Assembly: GCA_035687245.1 (NCBI GenBank)
Contig: DASRYH010000008.1
Location: 180,138 to 244,137 of the forward strand
Length of the DNA: 64,000 nt
Direction: 5' to 3'
Source of the DNA: Coriobacteriia bacterium
GTDB lineage: Bacteria > Actinomycetota > Coriobacteriia > Anaerosomatales > PHET01
Positions 26,410 through 35,754 of the stretch are shown one piece after another (the first letter of the stretch is position 1; each line of letters begins with the position of its first letter). Under the pieces are notes generated by a model. That model worked only from the letters and a program-made list of their open reading frames with translations. It was not told the origin of the DNA and made no database searches. The position numbers were made by a program, and so were the translations under genes.

Positions 26410-27693
26410 ATGGCGCACGCGACCTATAAGCGCGCTTCATCGGTCGTGCTCTTGGCTCTGTCGCTCGTCCTGATCGGCACTCCCGCGGCAGCGTTCGCGC
26501 GAGCCGGCGACAAGGTTGACGGACGCTCACCATCGGCCCTCGGGGTATCGAGCGAAACCATGCCCGATGTGACGATGGCCGCGGGTGAGTTGGTCGCCGC
26601 AGACGGACGTGTCTTGTGGTCGCGAAAGGCAGATACGCGCCGTGCTATGGCGAGCCTGACCAAGATCATGACGGCCGTAGTGGCTATGGAGAACTCGACG
26701 CCCAACGAGCTGGTGAAGGTTCCGGCCGAAGCGAGCCGGGTCGGCGAGTCTACCTCGTTTCTCGTGCCCGGAGACACGATCGAAATGGACGAGCTGCTCG
26801 AAGGGCTGCTCGTCAAGTCGGGAAACGACTCCGCGGTCACAATCGCCGACCATGTGGCGGGCAACGAGACGGCCTTCGTAGCGATGATGAACAAGCGGGC
26901 GAAGGAGCTCGGTCTCACACACACGCACTTCGCGAACGCCCACGGGCTGGATGCCCCCGGTCACTACACCACCGCTAACGACTTGGGCACACTCGCGCGC
27001 TTCGCGATGACCAAACCCGAGTTCCGCCGAATAGTTGGGGAGCGCACCGCGGTTGTCAGAAGCAAGCAGCACTCCCACAAAGTCGAGAGCACCAACCTCA
27101 TGATTCACGCCTACAACGGTGCGACTGGGGTGAAGACCGGCTACACCAGCGACGCAGGTCGTTGTCTTGTCGCTTCGGCAACGCGCAACGGAATCGAGCT
27201 CTACGCTGTCGTGCTTGGCACCCGTTCGGAGATCCGGCGGTTCGCCGAGGCACGCGACCTGCTGGACTGGGGCTTTGCCCACTACAGGCCGCAGAGTCTG
27301 GCCTCGAAGGGTACAGTTCTGGGGGAGTCAGTGGTCTTGGACTACCTCGATCAGACAGTGAATGGTCAGGTCTCCCAGGACGCCACGCTGGCCGTCTTTG
27401 ACCTGGCAGGACCAATGGAGCGACGCGTCTCGATGGCGGAGCAGAAGGCCCCTGTGAAGAGGGGCCAGCGCATCGGCGTCGCCACCTTCACGCAGGCCGG
27501 CGACGTAGTAGCGACGGTGCCGCTTCGTGCGACGATTGATGTGAAGAGGCCGAACATCTTCGCGCGGGCGTGGATCGGGACCGTGCGCGTGTGGCGACGC
27601 ATATTCGGCGGGCAACTACACGCGGCCGCGGCCGCGGTGACCAACATGAGAAGCGCAGCGTCTCAACAAGAGATGGGAGCACACAGGGCATGA
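26410..27693 (+). CDS. D-alanyl-D-alanine carboxypeptidase (PBP5/6 family serine peptidase)
   Basis: The SxxK (ASLTK), SxN (SGND) and KTG (KTGYT) motifs are present. ATG 26410 gives a signal peptide, MAHATYKRASSVVLLALSLVLIGTPAAAFA. The longest ORF begins at 26119. Confidence 0.85.
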   Translation: MAHATYKRASSVVLLALSLVLIGTPAAAFARAGDKVDGRSPSALGVSSETMPDVTMAAGELVAADGRVLWSRKADTRRAMASLTKIMTAVVAMENSTPNELVKVPAEASRVGESTSFLVPGDTIEMDELLEGLLVKSGNDSAVTIADHVAGNETAFVAMMNKRAKELGLTHTHFANAHGLDAPGHYTTANDLGTLARFAMTKPEFRRIVGERTAVVRSKQHSHKVESTNLMIHAYNGATGVKTGYTSDAGRCLVASATRNGIELYAVVLGTRSEIRRFAEARDLLDWGFAHYRPQSLASKGTVLGESVVLDYLDQTVNGQVSQDATLAVFDLAGPMERRVSMAEQKAPVKRGQRIGVATFTQAGDVVATVPLRATIDVKRPNIFARAWIGTVRVWRRIFGGQLHAAAAAVTNMRSAASQQEMGAHRA

Positions 27694-28793
27694 GTGACGA
27701 GAAGCTGTTGAGAACCCCCTTGCACGAGGAGCATCTGGCTCTGGGCGCGCGGATGGTGCCGTTCGCCGGGTGGGAGATGCCCGTTCAGTACGCCGGCATC
27801 CTTGAAGAGCACCGCGCGGTGCGTTCGTCCTGTGGCATCTTTGACGTCTGCCACATGGCGGAGTTCAGGGTCTTCGGCTTTGGCGCCTTCGACTTCCTCC
27901 AGCGCATGTTCACCAACGACCTGTCGCGCATCGCTGAGCTCGGTCAAGCGCAGTACACGCTGATGCTTGACGAAGACGGCGGCATCATCGACGACCTGAT
28001 CGTCTACCACACTGGCGATCTCGAGTATCTGATCATCGCGAACGCCTCCAACCACGCCGCCGACTTTGGTTGGCTCAAGCAGCACGCGCCTGAGGACCTC
28101 GAGCTGGTTGACGAGTCCGATCGCACCGCGCTCATCGCCGTGCAGGGCCCTGAGGCGCTCAGGATCATGGGCGAGCTGTGCGGCGCGGACTGGGAGGCTC
28201 CCGCGCGATTCACTGTACGCGAGGCCTCAATCGACGGCTCGGTTCCGGCACTGATTGCTCGCACCGGCTACACCGGTGAGGATGGCGTAGAGATAGTATG
28301 TCGCGCCGGGGACGCTGCGGCTGTGTGGCGCGTGCTGCTCTCGTTTGCGGAGGTCACACCCTGCGGACTTGGTGCGCGCGATACTCTGCGTCTCGAGATG
28401 GGCTACCACCTCTACGGCAACGACATGGATCGCAACGTCGACCCGATCTCAGCTGGGCTCGGATGGGTCTGCCCCAAGGCAAAGTCGGGCTACACCGGGG
28501 CCGAGACGGTGGCGCGCGTGCGCGAGGCAGGGCCAACGCGTAAGCTCAGCTACCTGCGCGTCGAGGGCGCCATTCCCCGACCGGGTTTTCCCGTGTTGCG
28601 TGAGGGAGTTGAGGTGGGTAAGGTAGCGAGCGGTACCTTCTCGCCTTCGCTCGAGACGGGAATCGCAACCGCCTACCTTCCGGCCGAGTTGGCTGTCGAA
28701 GGGCAGACGGTGGAGATCTCCATCAGGAAGAAGACGGTCGATGCGACTGTCGTGAAGGCACCGTTCGTAACCAAGACATCGCTGAACGGCTAG
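27690..28793 (+). CDS. gcvT: Glycine cleavage system aminomethyltransferase T
   Basis: LLRTPLHEEHLALGARMVPFAGWEMPVQY is a typical GcvT N-terminus. ATG 27690 overlaps the upstream TGA (ATGA). Confidence 0.9.
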   Translation: MSDEKLLRTPLHEEHLALGARMVPFAGWEMPVQYAGILEEHRAVRSSCGIFDVCHMAEFRVFGFGAFDFLQRMFTNDLSRIAELGQAQYTLMLDEDGGIIDDLIVYHTGDLEYLIIANASNHAADFGWLKQHAPEDLELVDESDRTALIAVQGPEALRIMGELCGADWEAPARFTVREASIDGSVPALIARTGYTGEDGVEIVCRAGDAAAVWRVLLSFAEVTPCGLGARDTLRLEMGYHLYGNDMDRNVDPISAGLGWVCPKAKSGYTGAETVARVREAGPTRKLSYLRVEGAIPRPGFPVLREGVEVGKVASGTFSPSLETGIATAYLPAELAVEGQTVEISIRKKTVDATVVKAPFVTKTSLNG

Positions 28794-28837
28794 TTGCGGT
28801 CACTTTGAGTGACTGCACGGAGGGAGCGCGCGAGAGC

Positions 28838-29221
28838 ATGGCACATCCGAACGATCGCAAGTACTCGAACGAGCATGAGTGGGTCCTCGTCGACGGTGAC
28901 GTCGCGACCATCGGCATCACTTCGTTCGCTCAGGACCAGCTTGGCGAGGTCGTCTACGTTGACCTGCCCGATGCCGGCGACACCATTACGGCCGGCGACA
29001 CTTTCGGTGAGATCGAGTCGGTCAAGTCGGTATCCGAGCTGTTCGCTCCGGTCACCGGTGAGATCCTCGAGGTCAACGACGGCTTGGCCGACACGCCTGA
29101 GACGGTCAATAAGGACCCGCACGACGCGGGTTGGATGATCAAGGTCAAGCTCGACGACGCCTCCGAGTACGACGGCCTCATGTCGGCCGAGGAGTACGAC
29201 GACTTCGTGACTCAGGGCTAG
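28838..29221 (+). CDS. gcvH: Glycine cleavage system H protein
   Basis: The product shows YSNEHEWV and the lipoyl-lysine motif GEIESVKSVSEL. Confidence 0.9.
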   Translation: MAHPNDRKYSNEHEWVLVDGDVATIGITSFAQDQLGEVVYVDLPDAGDTITAGDTFGEIESVKSVSELFAPVTGEILEVNDGLADTPETVNKDPHDAGWMIKVKLDDASEYDGLMSAEEYDDFVTQG

Positions 29222-29227
29222 CCGTTC

Positions 29228-30562
29228 ATGCGCTACATACCGATCACGTGCGAGCAGCGCGAAGCCATGCTTCGCGCTGTTGGCGTTGAGCAGGTCGATG
29301 ACCTGTTCGCTGATGTGCCCGAAGCGGCGCGTCTGAACCGACCGCTGGACATCGAGCCGGGCATGAGCGAGATCGAGCTCGCCGGTCACCTTCGGCGTCT
29401 TTCGGCGGAGAATACCCCAGCCACCTGGCTCGTGAGCTTTGCTGGCGCAGGCATCTACGACCACTACATCCCGTCGGTCGTGGACCATGTACTGCGCAAG
29501 CCCGAGTTCTTCACGGCCTACACGCCCTATCAGCCCGAGGTCTCTCAGGGGACGCTGCAGGCGATCTTCGAGTACCAGACGATGATCTGCGAGCTCACGG
29601 GGATGGAGGTGGCTAACGCCTCCATGTACGACGGCGCCACCGCCTTCGTTGAGGCCGCGCTGATGGCGTGTCGCGTCACCAAACGTGGGCGTGTGCTCGT
29701 GGCCGGCAGCGTGCACCCAGAGTGGATCGAGACGCTCGACACCTACGCGGAGTCGGGCATGCTCGAGGTCGACGTTATCGACTTCGACGGCGGACGTCTG
29801 GCGGCCGTTGATGTCGCCGCTGCACTCGATGACACAGTTGCGGCTGTACTCATCGCATCACCGAACTTCATCGGCGTGCTCGAAGACGTCGAAGGCATCA
29901 TTGCTGCGGCTCACGAGGCCGGCGCGCTCGCGGTGGTCGCGGCGAACCCGATTCTGCTGGGCGTCATGACGCCTCCGGGCGAGATGGGCGCAGATATCGT
30001 GGTGGGAGAGGGTCAGCCGCTGGGCAACGCCATGAGCCTTGGCGGCCCGGACTTGGGCTTCTTCGCCTGCCGCGAGAAGAACGTTCGGCAGATGCCGGGC
30101 CGCGTGGTGGGGCAGACCGTCGACACCGATGGCGAGCGCGCCTTCGTGCTGACGCTCTCCACGCGCGAGCAGCACATCCGCCGAGAGAAGGCCACGAGCA
30201 ACATCTGCAGCAACCATGCGCTTAACGCACTGGCCGCAGCTGTCTACCTCTCTGCCGTGGGCAGCGAGGGCCTGGCCGGCATCGCGCGTGCGTGTGTCGC
30301 CAAGGCGCACTACCTGCGCGACCAGCTCATCGCTACCGGCAAGTTCAGCGCAGTCTGGGACGAAGCCTTCGGCTACGAGTTCGCCCTGGCCTACGACGGC
30401 GACGCGATGGACCTGCACCACGACCTGCTGGAGAAGGGCTTCCTTGCGGGTGTGGTCCTCGAGACAGCCGAAGACGGGCCGGACCTGATGCTGTTTGCGG
30501 TGACCGAGAAGCGTACGCGCGCAGAGATCGACGCGTTCGTGAAGGAGGTGCAGGCCCTGTGA
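29228..30562 (+). CDS. gcvPA: Glycine dehydrogenase (decarboxylating) subunit 1
   Basis: The product shows MRYIPIT...FAGAGIYDHYIP...TAYTPYQPEVSQGTLQ. Confidence 0.9.
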   Translation: MRYIPITCEQREAMLRAVGVEQVDDLFADVPEAARLNRPLDIEPGMSEIELAGHLRRLSAENTPATWLVSFAGAGIYDHYIPSVVDHVLRKPEFFTAYTPYQPEVSQGTLQAIFEYQTMICELTGMEVANASMYDGATAFVEAALMACRVTKRGRVLVAGSVHPEWIETLDTYAESGMLEVDVIDFDGGRLAAVDVAAALDDTVAAVLIASPNFIGVLEDVEGIIAAAHEAGALAVVAANPILLGVMTPPGEMGADIVVGEGQPLGNAMSLGGPDLGFFACREKNVRQMPGRVVGQTVDTDGERAFVLTLSTREQHIRREKATSNICSNHALNALAAAVYLSAVGSEGLAGIARACVAKAHYLRDQLIATGKFSAVWDEAFGYEFALAYDGDAMDLHHDLLEKGFLAGVVLETAEDGPDLMLFAVTEKRTRAEIDAFVKEVQAL

Positions 30563-32049
30563 CCTCCGCACACACGACCCCAACGGGTGCGCCCAAGCGC
30601 GGACCCCGCGAGCTGATCTTCGAGCTGGGTGCTCCTGAATCGAGCTGCGTGCTCGCTCCCGAGATGGATGTGCCAGAGATCGACCTTTCGGCAGCTCTGG
30701 GTGGAGCGATCCGCTCCGCTGCTCCCGCCCTCGCGCAGGTGACCGAGCTCGAGATCATGCGCCACTACGCGCATCTGGCCGAGATGAACTTCGGCGTCGA
30801 CTCGGGCTTCTACCCGCTGGGCAGCTGCACGATGAAGTACAACCCGCGCATCAACGAGGATGCCGCGCGCCTTGAAGGCTTCGCGGGTCTGCACCCGTAC
30901 CAGCCGGTGGACACGATCCAGGGCGCGCTGCAGCTGATGGTGGAGCTCTCTGAGTCTCTTGCCGAAGTGTCCGGGCTGCCAGGCGTGACGCTGCAGCCTG
31001 CCGCCGGCGCTCACGGCGAGCTCACCGCTCTCATGTGCTTCCGCGCGGCACACACGGCGGCTGGCGACCCTCGCAAGAAGGTCATCATTCCGAACACAGC
31101 GCACGGCACCAACCCTGCGACCGTGACGATGTGCGGCTACGAGACCGTCACCATCCCAAGCGACGAGCGCGGCTTGGTGGATCTCGAGGCTCTCAAGGCC
31201 GCACTCGATGAAGATGTTGCGGCGTTCATGCTCACGAACCCCAACACGCTGGGCCTCTTCGACCCGCAGATTCTCGAGATCACTGCTGCCGTTCATTCGG
31301 TGGGCGCCTACGCCTACTGCGACGGCGCGAACCTCAACGCGGTCATGGGAAAGACACGCCCGGGTGACCAGGGCTTCGATGCGCTTCACATCAACCTGCA
31401 CAAGACGTTCTCGACGCCGCACGGTGGCGGCGGTCCCGGTTCCGGCCCCGTGTGCGTGACGGCGGACCTGGCGCGCTTTCTGCCCGGACCGCTTCCGGTA
31501 CGTGCGGAAGAGGGCTTCTCCTTAGAGTCGCCCGAGGAGTCGATCGGCCGCGTCCGCAGCTTCTATGGCAACTTCGGCGTGCTCGTACGCGCGTACGCGT
31601 ACGTGAAAGCGCTGGGCGGAGAGGGTCTGCGCGAGGTGTCTGAGCAGGCGGTCCTTTCGGCGAACTACATGAGGGTGCGCTTGAACGACGTCTTCGACGT
31701 GCCGTTCGACCGTACCTGCATGCACGAGTTCGTGATGTCGGGCGCGCGCCAGAAGCGTGAAGGTGGCGTGCGCACTCTGGACATGGCCAAGAGGCTGCTC
31801 GACTACGGCTTCCACCCGCCCACGGTCTACTTCCCGCTGCTCGTCGAAGAGGCGCTCATGATCGAGCCCACCGAGACCGAGCCGCTCTCCGCACTCGACG
31901 CCTTCATCGGCGCTATGCGCGCGATTGCCGAAGAGGCCGCGAGCGATGCAGACGTCGTGAAGGGTGCTCCGTACACGACGCCGGTCAAGCGGCTCGACGA
32001 GGCCCGTGCGGCACGCGAGACGATCCTGCGGTACCGCCCCGAGCAGTAG
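30559..32049 (+). CDS. gcvPB: Glycine dehydrogenase (decarboxylating) subunit 2
   Basis: The start is a GTGA overlap. The product shows YPLGSCTMKYNP and NLHKTFSTPHGGGGPG (PLP lysine region). Confidence 0.9.
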   Translation: MTSAHTTPTGAPKRGPRELIFELGAPESSCVLAPEMDVPEIDLSAALGGAIRSAAPALAQVTELEIMRHYAHLAEMNFGVDSGFYPLGSCTMKYNPRINEDAARLEGFAGLHPYQPVDTIQGALQLMVELSESLAEVSGLPGVTLQPAAGAHGELTALMCFRAAHTAAGDPRKKVIIPNTAHGTNPATVTMCGYETVTIPSDERGLVDLEALKAALDEDVAAFMLTNPNTLGLFDPQILEITAAVHSVGAYAYCDGANLNAVMGKTRPGDQGFDALHINLHKTFSTPHGGGGPGSGPVCVTADLARFLPGPLPVRAEEGFSLESPEESIGRVRSFYGNFGVLVRAYAYVKALGGEGLREVSEQAVLSANYMRVRLNDVFDVPFDRTCMHEFVMSGARQKREGGVRTLDMAKRLLDYGFHPPTVYFPLLVEEALMIEPTETEPLSALDAFIGAMRAIAEEAASDADVVKGAPYTTPVKRLDEARAARETILRYRPEQ

Positions 32050-32050
32050 C

Positions 32051-32827
32051 GTGACCGCCTGGAGACTAGTGATAGACGGCCCGGTCGATGGAGCCACCAA
32101 CATGGCCATCGACCGGGCCGTTCAACTATCCGTTGAGGCTGGAGAGCAGCCGCCGACGCTGCGGCTCTACCAGTGGCAGCGTCCGACGGTCACGCTTGGG
32201 CGCTTTCAGAGCGCCGAAGGCGTCGACCTCGACTACTGCCGCGACAACGGTATCGATGTCGTGCGGCGCTTCACGGGCGGCAGGGGAGTGCTACACGACG
32301 ACGAGCTCACCTACTGCGTGGTCGCGGGGACCAAAGATGGCATCCCCCGAGGTGTCGCCGCGTCCTACCGACACCTGAGCGAAGTGCTCGCGGAGGCCTA
32401 CGTGCGCCTGGGAGTCACTCAGGCGGCGGTCACTCAGCGGGATAGCGCGCCGAGCGCGTCATCGGCCTGCTACCTGGCCACGACTCGTGCTGACCTCTCG
32501 GCGGGCGCCCATAAGCTCTCCGGCTCCGCACAGGTCTGGTCGGGCTCCACAGTGATGCAGCACGGCTCCTTCACGATCAGCCGTGACGTGGATCGGGAGG
32601 CGCAGGTCTTTCGGCTGAGTACTCAGGAGGCCGCAGACCTCGCTGCTCACACGCTCACTTTCATCGATGCGCTCGGGCGGCGGGTCAGCATCGAGGAGAT
32701 TCAGCAGGCGTCAATCGGGGCGTTTGCAGACGTGCTCGGCGCCGAGTTTGAGCTTTCGGATCTGGCCGAAGCAGAACGCTCGTCTGCGAACGCCTTGATG
32801 CACGAGGTTGTAGTTTGTGAGAAGTAA
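32051..32827 (+). CDS. Lipoate-protein ligase / BPL-LplA-LipB family protein
   Basis: TLRLYQWQRPTVTLGRFQ...RRFTGGRGVLHD...KLSGSAQ are the LplA-type motifs including the catalytic Lys context. It lies directly after the gcv genes. Confidence 0.75.
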   Translation: MTAWRLVIDGPVDGATNMAIDRAVQLSVEAGEQPPTLRLYQWQRPTVTLGRFQSAEGVDLDYCRDNGIDVVRRFTGGRGVLHDDELTYCVVAGTKDGIPRGVAASYRHLSEVLAEAYVRLGVTQAAVTQRDSAPSASSACYLATTRADLSAGAHKLSGSAQVWSGSTVMQHGSFTISRDVDREAQVFRLSTQEAADLAAHTLTFIDALGRRVSIEEIQQASIGAFADVLGAEFELSDLAEAERSSANALMHEVVVCEK

Positions 32828-32913
32828 GGCTTCAGTACACCTTTAGGGCGGCGCTATGTCAGCCCGTTACGGTACAATCGGAACCGAGCAGGTCCTTACG
32901 AGGGGAGTGCGGT

Positions 32914-33225
32914 GTGATGGACGAGCATGTGAACCCGGGCGAGGACGCCCTGTTCGACCTAGGCAAGAAGTCCAATGAGGACCTAAGGTCGCTCCTCGAT
33001 GAGCTGCACGCTGAAGAGCAGAGGATCTCGTATCGGCGCCGCGTGCTTCACGGCAAGATCGACATTCTTCGCGCCGAGCTGGTGCGCCGCCTGAAGTCGG
33101 GCCGCGAAGCTGGCGATGACGTCATCAGCGGGCAGGACGTTGCGCGTCTGGTGGACATCCTGTCGAACGACTTGCGCGGGGCATCCCGCTTTGATGTGAC
33201 GGCCGAGGCCGACGAGGACGAGTAG
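32914..33225 (+). CDS. Small coiled-coil protein with a single RsiG-like c-di-GMP-binding motif (tentative)
   Basis: EQRISYRRRVLHGKID fits ExxxSxxRxxxQxxxD except for Q to H. Confidence 0.4.
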   Translation: MMDEHVNPGEDALFDLGKKSNEDLRSLLDELHAEEQRISYRRRVLHGKIDILRAELVRRLKSGREAGDDVISGQDVARLVDILSNDLRGASRFDVTAEADEDE

Positions 33226-33231
33226 GTTCTC

Positions 33232-33513
33232 TTGGGTATCGAGGAAAGGGTATCTGTGACCACGATCAACGACCGCATCAAGCAGTTCATGACCGACATG
33301 GCGTCCGACCCGCTCGAAGAGCGTGTAGTCGAATACGTCGTGCGCGAGGTACACAACGGGCGCCGGCTGATGGAAGTCATCGACGATCCGTATGTGCGCA
33401 ACCGTATCAACGAAGAGAAGCGTGCATCGATTCTTGAGAGCCCGGAGATCGTCGAGGCCCTCGAGAGTGAGATTCGTGCGAGCATGACCCGCAAGGACCT
33501 CGACTTCTCCTAA
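33232..33513 (+). CDS. Hypothetical small protein (93 aa)
   Basis: The ORF has even codon usage and sits 6 nt after the previous gene. I recognise no motif. Confidence 0.4.
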   Translation: MGIEERVSVTTINDRIKQFMTDMASDPLEERVVEYVVREVHNGRRLMEVIDDPYVRNRINEEKRASILESPEIVEALESEIRASMTRKDLDFS

Positions 33514-33530
33514 GACGACTCGAATGACGG

Positions 33531-33986
33531 GTGATTGGCGTGGCTGAGTGCCCGAAGTGCGGTGCCGCAATCGAGAACCTGAACCTGCCGTGCGAATCCT
33601 GCGGTTGGTCACCTGAGGGTGCGACCGCCTCATTCACACCGATAGGTGACGTCGAAGCCAAGCCGCTCGACTCAGGTCTTGAAGGCCCGGTGCTAGTCGT
33701 CTGCAAGGGACCCCAGCTCGGAGAGAGGTTCTTCCTCGACCGGGCTCAGTTCACTATCGGTCGGGATCCAGGCAGTGACATCTTCCTGAACGACATGACT
33801 GTGTCACGAGAACACGCGACCCTGTCGGTCGATGCCGGGGACACGGTCACCGTCGCTGACGTCGGCTCTCTGAACGGCACCTACGTCAACGGGATCTGCC
33901 TGGACAAGGCCGAGCTTACTGATGGCGATGTCGTTCAGATCGGCACGTTCCAGATGGTCTTCCATGGAGGGACGGTCGTTCGATGA
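33531..33986 (+). CDS. FHA domain protein with N-terminal zinc ribbon (GarA/OdhI position)
   Basis: CPKCG...CESCG is followed by the FHA core TIGRDPGSDIFLNDMTVSREHATL...DVGSLNGTYVNG. It sits where garA sits in gcvH-garA-merR synteny. Confidence 0.85.
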   Translation: MIGVAECPKCGAAIENLNLPCESCGWSPEGATASFTPIGDVEAKPLDSGLEGPVLVVCKGPQLGERFFLDRAQFTIGRDPGSDIFLNDMTVSREHATLSVDAGDTVTVADVGSLNGTYVNGICLDKAELTDGDVVQIGTFQMVFHGGTVVR

Positions 33987-34690
33987 GTAGCAGGGACTAC
34001 CTCACGATCGGGGAGGTCGTCCAGCGCTTGCTGCCGGCCTACCCGGACCTCTCAATCAGCAAGGTGCGCTTCCTTGAGGAGGAGGGTCTGGTCACTCCCG
34101 AGCGCACCGCTGGTGGCTATCGCAAGTTCACGCCCAACGATGTGGTGCGTATCGAGATGGTGCTGCGCCTTCAGCGCGACCACTTCCTGCCGCTCGCGGT
34201 GATCCGCGAGAAGCTCTCCGATCTCGATCGCGGTCGTATGCCGGTCGAGCTCCAGAAGACGCCCGTGGGCGGAACAGAGCCGCTGCCTTTCGGCGCGGTC
34301 GATGACGGCCCGCTCGCTCTCGAAGACGCCCCTTCGGCACTTGGTGTTCCTGTGAGCTTCATTCGGGAACTCGCCGAGTTCGGCATAGTGAAGATCGAGA
34401 AGGGCGATTCGGGCGAGCAGATCGATCGCAGCGACATTGCGACCGTCCACTCGGCGTGGGACCTGCGCAAGTTCGGCGTCGAGCCTCGGCACCTCAGGAT
34501 GTATGCAGCATCGGCTGATCGCGAAGCTGCGCTCTTCCAGCAGATTCTGATGCCTGCGTTCCGCCACCGCACTCCCGAGACGCGTCAGAAGCTCAACGAG
34601 ACACTCAACGAGCTGTGCTCCCTGACCGATGCGCTCAAGAGCCGGCTGCTGCGGCGCGCGCTCGACTCCGCTTTCGAGGACCTCAAGTGA
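33983..34690 (+). CDS. MerR family transcriptional regulator
   Basis: YLTIGEVVQRL...SISKVRFLEEEGLVTPERTAGGYRKFTPNDV is a MerR HTH. An ATGA overlap links it to the FHA gene. Confidence 0.85.
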   Translation: MSSRDYLTIGEVVQRLLPAYPDLSISKVRFLEEEGLVTPERTAGGYRKFTPNDVVRIEMVLRLQRDHFLPLAVIREKLSDLDRGRMPVELQKTPVGGTEPLPFGAVDDGPLALEDAPSALGVPVSFIRELAEFGIVKIEKGDSGEQIDRSDIATVHSAWDLRKFGVEPRHLRMYAASADREAALFQQILMPAFRHRTPETRQKLNETLNELCSLTDALKSRLLRRALDSAFEDLK

Positions 34691-34694
34691 GCCG

Positions 34695-35132
34695 ATGACG
34701 CAGATCGACCACTACACGCCCCCGCAACCGCCCGAAGCGCAACAGGAACACCCGCCGCTCGACGAGATAGCCTTCGCTCATCCCAGCGAGCGGGTCGCCG
34801 CCGAGATCCTGGACTACTACCAGATCCGCTGGCTCTACGAACCCACGAGGTTTCCGATTCAGTGGGACGGAGAGGGCAGGGTCATCGCGTACTTCACGCC
34901 CGACTTCTTTCTGCCGGACTTCGATCTCTACATCGAGCTCACCACGATGAGCCAGAAGCTCGTGACAAAGAAGAACCGTAAGGTGCGACGCCTCAAGGAG
35001 CTCTACCCGGACGTGAACATCAAGGTCTTCTACCAGAAGGACTTCCGTGCGCTTCTGGCTCGCTTCGGAATCGCGAGCCATCCTCGCTTGCAGGCTGATG
35101 GCGGCGGATACGGCGCCGCCGAAGGGGAGTGA
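34695..35132 (+). CDS. Hypothetical protein, possible PD-(D/E)XK nuclease-like fold
   Basis: TPDFFLPDFDLYIELTTMSQK resembles a D...E-x-K motif. The assignment is weak. Confidence 0.4.
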   Translation: MTQIDHYTPPQPPEAQQEHPPLDEIAFAHPSERVAAEILDYYQIRWLYEPTRFPIQWDGEGRVIAYFTPDFFLPDFDLYIELTTMSQKLVTKKNRKVRRLKELYPDVNIKVFYQKDFRALLARFGIASHPRLQADGGGYGAAEGE

Positions 35133-35680
35133 GCCCGCTGCACGAGCTGCCGCCGGGCTGCCGGCGAGTCGCACTCACTGAAGAGGTTCTGCAGGCCCGA
35201 ATCGCCGAACTCGGGGCCGAGATCACCGCGCACCACGCAGGCCACCCGGTGCGGCTGGTGACGGTGTTGCGCGGCGGCCTGTTCTTCCTGGCGGACCTGT
35301 GCCGGCACATCGACTTGGATATCGCGCTGGACTTCATGGCGGTTGCACCGTACGTGCAGGGAGCCGGTGGGGTGGTGCGTGTCACGAAGGACCTCGATGA
35401 CTCCGTCGCCGGCGCACGCGTGATCCTCGTCGAAGACGTCGTCGACACCGGACTCACCGTGAACTACGTGCTCAATTTCCTCCGGACTCACAACCCCGAG
35501 TCGGTAGAGGTTTGTGCGCTTCTCGACAAGCATGCTCGCCGAATTGCACCGGTGCCGGTCACCTACACGGGCTTCAAGATGAGCGACCGCTTCCTTGTGG
35601 GCTACGGCTTGGATCTCGCAGGACGCTATCGAAACCTGCCCTACATCGCCGAACTCGAAGAGCACGTGGCTCTTGGCTAG
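35129..35680 (+). CDS. hpt: Hypoxanthine phosphoribosyltransferase
   Basis: VILVEDVVDTGLT is the PRPP-binding motif, and the product ends GYGLDLAGRYRNLPYI. The start is a GTGA overlap. Confidence 0.85.
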   Translation: MSPLHELPPGCRRVALTEEVLQARIAELGAEITAHHAGHPVRLVTVLRGGLFFLADLCRHIDLDIALDFMAVAPYVQGAGGVVRVTKDLDDSVAGARVILVEDVVDTGLTVNYVLNFLRTHNPESVEVCALLDKHARRIAPVPVTYTGFKMSDRFLVGYGLDLAGRYRNLPYIAELEEHVALG

Positions 35681-35754
35681 AAGACGGTAGTGATGCACAT
35701 GGCTGCGTGCGCTACTCTGTGACGGTCGTTTTGAACCTCTCAAGGAGGCCTGCC

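Noticed and set aside
27400-27690. Expected glycine riboswitch upstream of gcvT
   Set aside because: The region is the 3' coding end of the carboxypeptidase gene. I saw none of the conserved glycine-riboswitch core segments.
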